Assembly: GCA_017428635.1 (NCBI GenBank)
Contig: JAFRQK010000046.1
Location: forward strand, 4,874 to 68,873
Origin: Clostridia bacterium
GTDB lineage: Bacteria; Bacillota; Clostridia; Oscillospirales; CAG-272
DNA length: 64,000 nucleotides
Direction: 5' to 3'
Positions 61,936 to 64,000 of this stretch are shown in pieces (within the stretch, counting starts at the first letter, position 1; each line of letters begins with the position of its first letter). A program made the translations under genes and the position numbers. The notes below the pieces were generated by a model. That model was not told where the DNA came from, searched no databases, and was given only the letters and a program-made list of their open reading frames with translations.

Positions 61936-64000
61936 ATGAAAAAAAGTTTCGGCAAACGAACGGGGGCGGCGCTGATCGCGCTGTTGATCATGATCACCGC
62001 TCTGCCTCTCAACGTACTCGCGGTGAATCCGGTGCTGACCCTGTCGTATGCGTCGGAGTTTACCGTCTACGAGTTCACCGGCGCGACAGACGACGCGCGA
62101 AACGGAACAAGGATAACCGATCACGTGATAGATCTCTCACAGGAGTTCTATTTCATGACCGGAAACAACGTTCGAATGAGCGGCTTCTGTCTCTGGCCCG
62201 TCGAGGAAGACGAACTGCCTCCTACGACGATAAGCAACTCCGGTTACGGAGACAAAGAATACTCGAGCGAGCTGCTCTCGCTTTGGTCGTTATCTTCCAC
62301 AAGCCTTATGTCCGGGACGATTCTCGGAGAAGACGTCGGGTACGACTGGGACAAGGGTCAGTTCTACGCGACCGAGGGCTACACCATGCAGTACGGCGCG
62401 GGCGGCCCGTATTACCCGGAGCCCGGCAAGTACCGTTTCCTTATGTTTTACGGCAACTACGTGTACTATTCCGACGTCTATACGATCACGGATAACACCG
62501 GCCTTGCCGCGAATCAGGGCGTTGCGGAAGCGGTCTGGGTGATAGACGACGCGCCGTCTTCCGTGATCCCCTACAACACCGACGAAAACAAGGCGACCTT
62601 CGATATGTCGATCCTCCTTCCCGCAGACGTCACGGGGATCTCCAGCGTCCGCCTTCTGCACGAAAGCAACGACGCGTTCCTGAGCGACAGTTATTACTGG
62701 TCCGGCGTCAACGTCCCCGGAACCGGTTTTCAGGTCGGAAAGCTAACGGACTACGGCGTTTTTGACGAGGGACACAGCTTCTACCTTGAAGACTGCGAAG
62801 TGAGCTACATGCAGCTCGGCTCGTACCGAGTCAAGGTCATCGCAGGCGACGGACGCGTCTTTATCGACAACACCGTCGTGGAAGTTAAAGAAGTGTCGAC
62901 AGACCCGCCGACGATCAATACGGCTTCGCTTCCGGGCGGGAAGGTCGAGGTGCCTTATTCGGCCCGGCTTGAAGCGACTCCCTGTCAGGGCGGGACCGTC
63001 ATGTGGTCCGTCATCTCGGGTAAGCTTCCGAACGGTCTTTCTATGAGCGCCGACGGAGAGATCTCCGGTACTCCCGAAAAAGACGGCGACTTCAGTTTTA
63101 CGGTCCGCGCGAGCGAGAGCGGAGCCGGATACGCCGATCAGAATTTCAACATCTCGGTCGCAGTCCCCGACCTCGCGATCGTCGGCGACGGCTATTTCTG
63201 GTACAACAGCGTCGACGAACAGATCAAATTCGGAAGTTCGTATTCGCTGGGAATGACCCTGAATCGCGCAGCTTTCTCCGACGAGACCGCTTCCGCGACC
63301 GTTTATTACAAAACGACGGGCGGTACGACAAAGAAGATCGACAACACGCTCGAAACGTACGGATGGACCGGAGCGAGCGGCTACGGTCAGCTTCCCGCGG
63401 ACGCGAAAAGCGTTGAGCGCGTCGAGTTTTTCATAAACGGCGAGCTGGTCGCGACCCATCCCGTCGGGAAGCCTGTCGCGCCGGCTCTTGAACTTAAAGT
63501 CACCGGGACCAGTCAGCAATATCTGTATCTTTCCATTTACGACGAGACCGGCGAATGCGTCAACGGATACGCAGTCGGCTACTCCGGCAAAACGTTCAAT
63601 ATCGATTCTCTGCCCTCCGGAACGTACCGGATCATGATGTCGGGGACCCTTTACGGTTTCGGATATCAGAATTACGGGGAAACTACGGTGACGCTCCGGG
63701 ACGGTATGAAAGAGAGCGTAACGCTTCCCATCGTCCCGCACTACGCGACGAATATCGCCCTCGAGTCGAATGCCGAAGGGTTAGGCTTCTGTTACGCAGC
63801 GTACGAATGGTACGCCGATCCCGAGGGGACGGAGCTGCTGCAGACCGGCGATTCGCGCACCCTTCTCGACGACGAAGCGGTCTACGTGCGCGCCGTGCCG
63901 AAATACAGTACGACGGAAACGAATCTCCCGTCCGAGTTGACCCGCATCGACCGCGGCGGCTCGACTGCGGGATACCGTAAGGTGACTCTCACGCTACCAA
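61936..64000 (+). CDS. Secreted large surface protein with putative Ig-like (He_PIG-type) repeat; partial, continues beyond the window
   Basis: Manual translation from ATG 61936 behind GGGAGGA gives MKKSFGKRTGAALIALLIMITALPLNVLA (signal peptide). The frame stays open to 64000 and contains LPGGKVEVPYSARLEA...GKLPNGLSMSADGEISGTPEKDGDFSFTV. It is absent from the ORF track because there is no stop in the window. Confidence 0.75.
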   Translation, partial: MKKSFGKRTGAALIALLIMITALPLNVLAVNPVLTLSYASEFTVYEFTGATDDARNGTRITDHVIDLSQEFYFMTGNNVRMSGFCLWPVEEDELPPTTISNSGYGDKEYSSELLSLWSLSSTSLMSGTILGEDVGYDWDKGQFYATEGYTMQYGAGGPYYPEPGKYRFLMFYGNYVYYSDVYTITDNTGLAANQGVAEAVWVIDDAPSSVIPYNTDENKATFDMSILLPADVTGISSVRLLHESNDAFLSDSYYWSGVNVPGTGFQVGKLTDYGVFDEGHSFYLEDCEVSYMQLGSYRVKVIAGDGRVFIDNTVVEVKEVSTDPPTINTASLPGGKVEVPYSARLEATPCQGGTVMWSVISGKLPNGLSMSADGEISGTPEKDGDFSFTVRASESGAGYADQNFNISVAVPDLAIVGDGYFWYNSVDEQIKFGSSYSLGMTLNRAAFSDETASATVYYKTTGGTTKKIDNTLETYGWTGASGYGQLPADAKSVERVEFFINGELVATHPVGKPVAPALELKVTGTSQQYLYLSIYDETGECVNGYAVGYSGKTFNIDSLPSGTYRIMMSGTLYGFGYQNYGETTVTLRDGMKESVTLPIVPHYATNIALESNAEGLGFCYAAYEWYADPEGTELLQTGDSRTLLDDEAVYVRAVPKYSTTETNLPSELTRIDRGGSTAGYRKVTLTLP

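Overview
The window is a G+C-rich (about 60% by eye) Clostridia-like chromosomal segment. Supporting genes: sporulation yunB and cwlD, [FeFe]-hydrogenase maturases hydG/hydF, and a Na+-pumping biotin decarboxylase. Most of it is ordinary, tightly packed core genome. In order it holds gltX (partial), an MBL hydrolase, yunB, a DivIVA-like gene, a fumarase beta-type subunit and a 6-gene decarboxylase operon. Next come a cadA/HMA/ArsR metal module, purA-purB-radA-cwlD, hydG-hydF and a T-box(Trp)-controlled trpB2. These are followed by an 8-gene shikimate/aromatic operon, a MacB-like ABC protein, an E2-E3-E1 2-oxoacid dehydrogenase operon with a DeoR regulator, a YtrA-type GntR/ABC operon, an ABC exporter and nrdR. 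The exception is a sharply AT-rich island of about 9.8 kb (45437-55215) downstream of tRNA-Leu(CAG), ending with a large serine recombinase. The island carries a TnpV-like remnant, a possible ART-fold toxin pair, and an 8-gene RM-like operon on the minus strand (53074->47512). That operon encodes a C-protein-like HTH, two DNA methyltransferases and five uncharacterised proteins: three that look like degenerate LAGLIDADG-type paralogues and two PD-(D/E)xK-type nucleases, one with a HARE-HTH. This operon is my best candidate for an undescribed defence system. It is bracketed by two inverted copies of a 230-300 nt element whose differences are compensatory in predicted helices, suggesting an unclassified structured RNA. 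A second repeat of about 124 bp, a three-helix element with termini that mimic a tRNA T-arm, follows the recombinase. It recurs 4 kb away inside a 47-bp perfect duplication of the 3' end of tRNA-Leu(TAG). Other points of interest are a Tyr/Phe-rich leader peptide plus terminator upstream of the aromatic operon, a mirror-symmetric array of 8 hairpins with a 9-nt motif between DUF1540 and purA, and two genes whose conserved N-termini can only start at ACG behind a strong SD. All calls come from reading the sequence and ORF translations by eye; no database search was possible.
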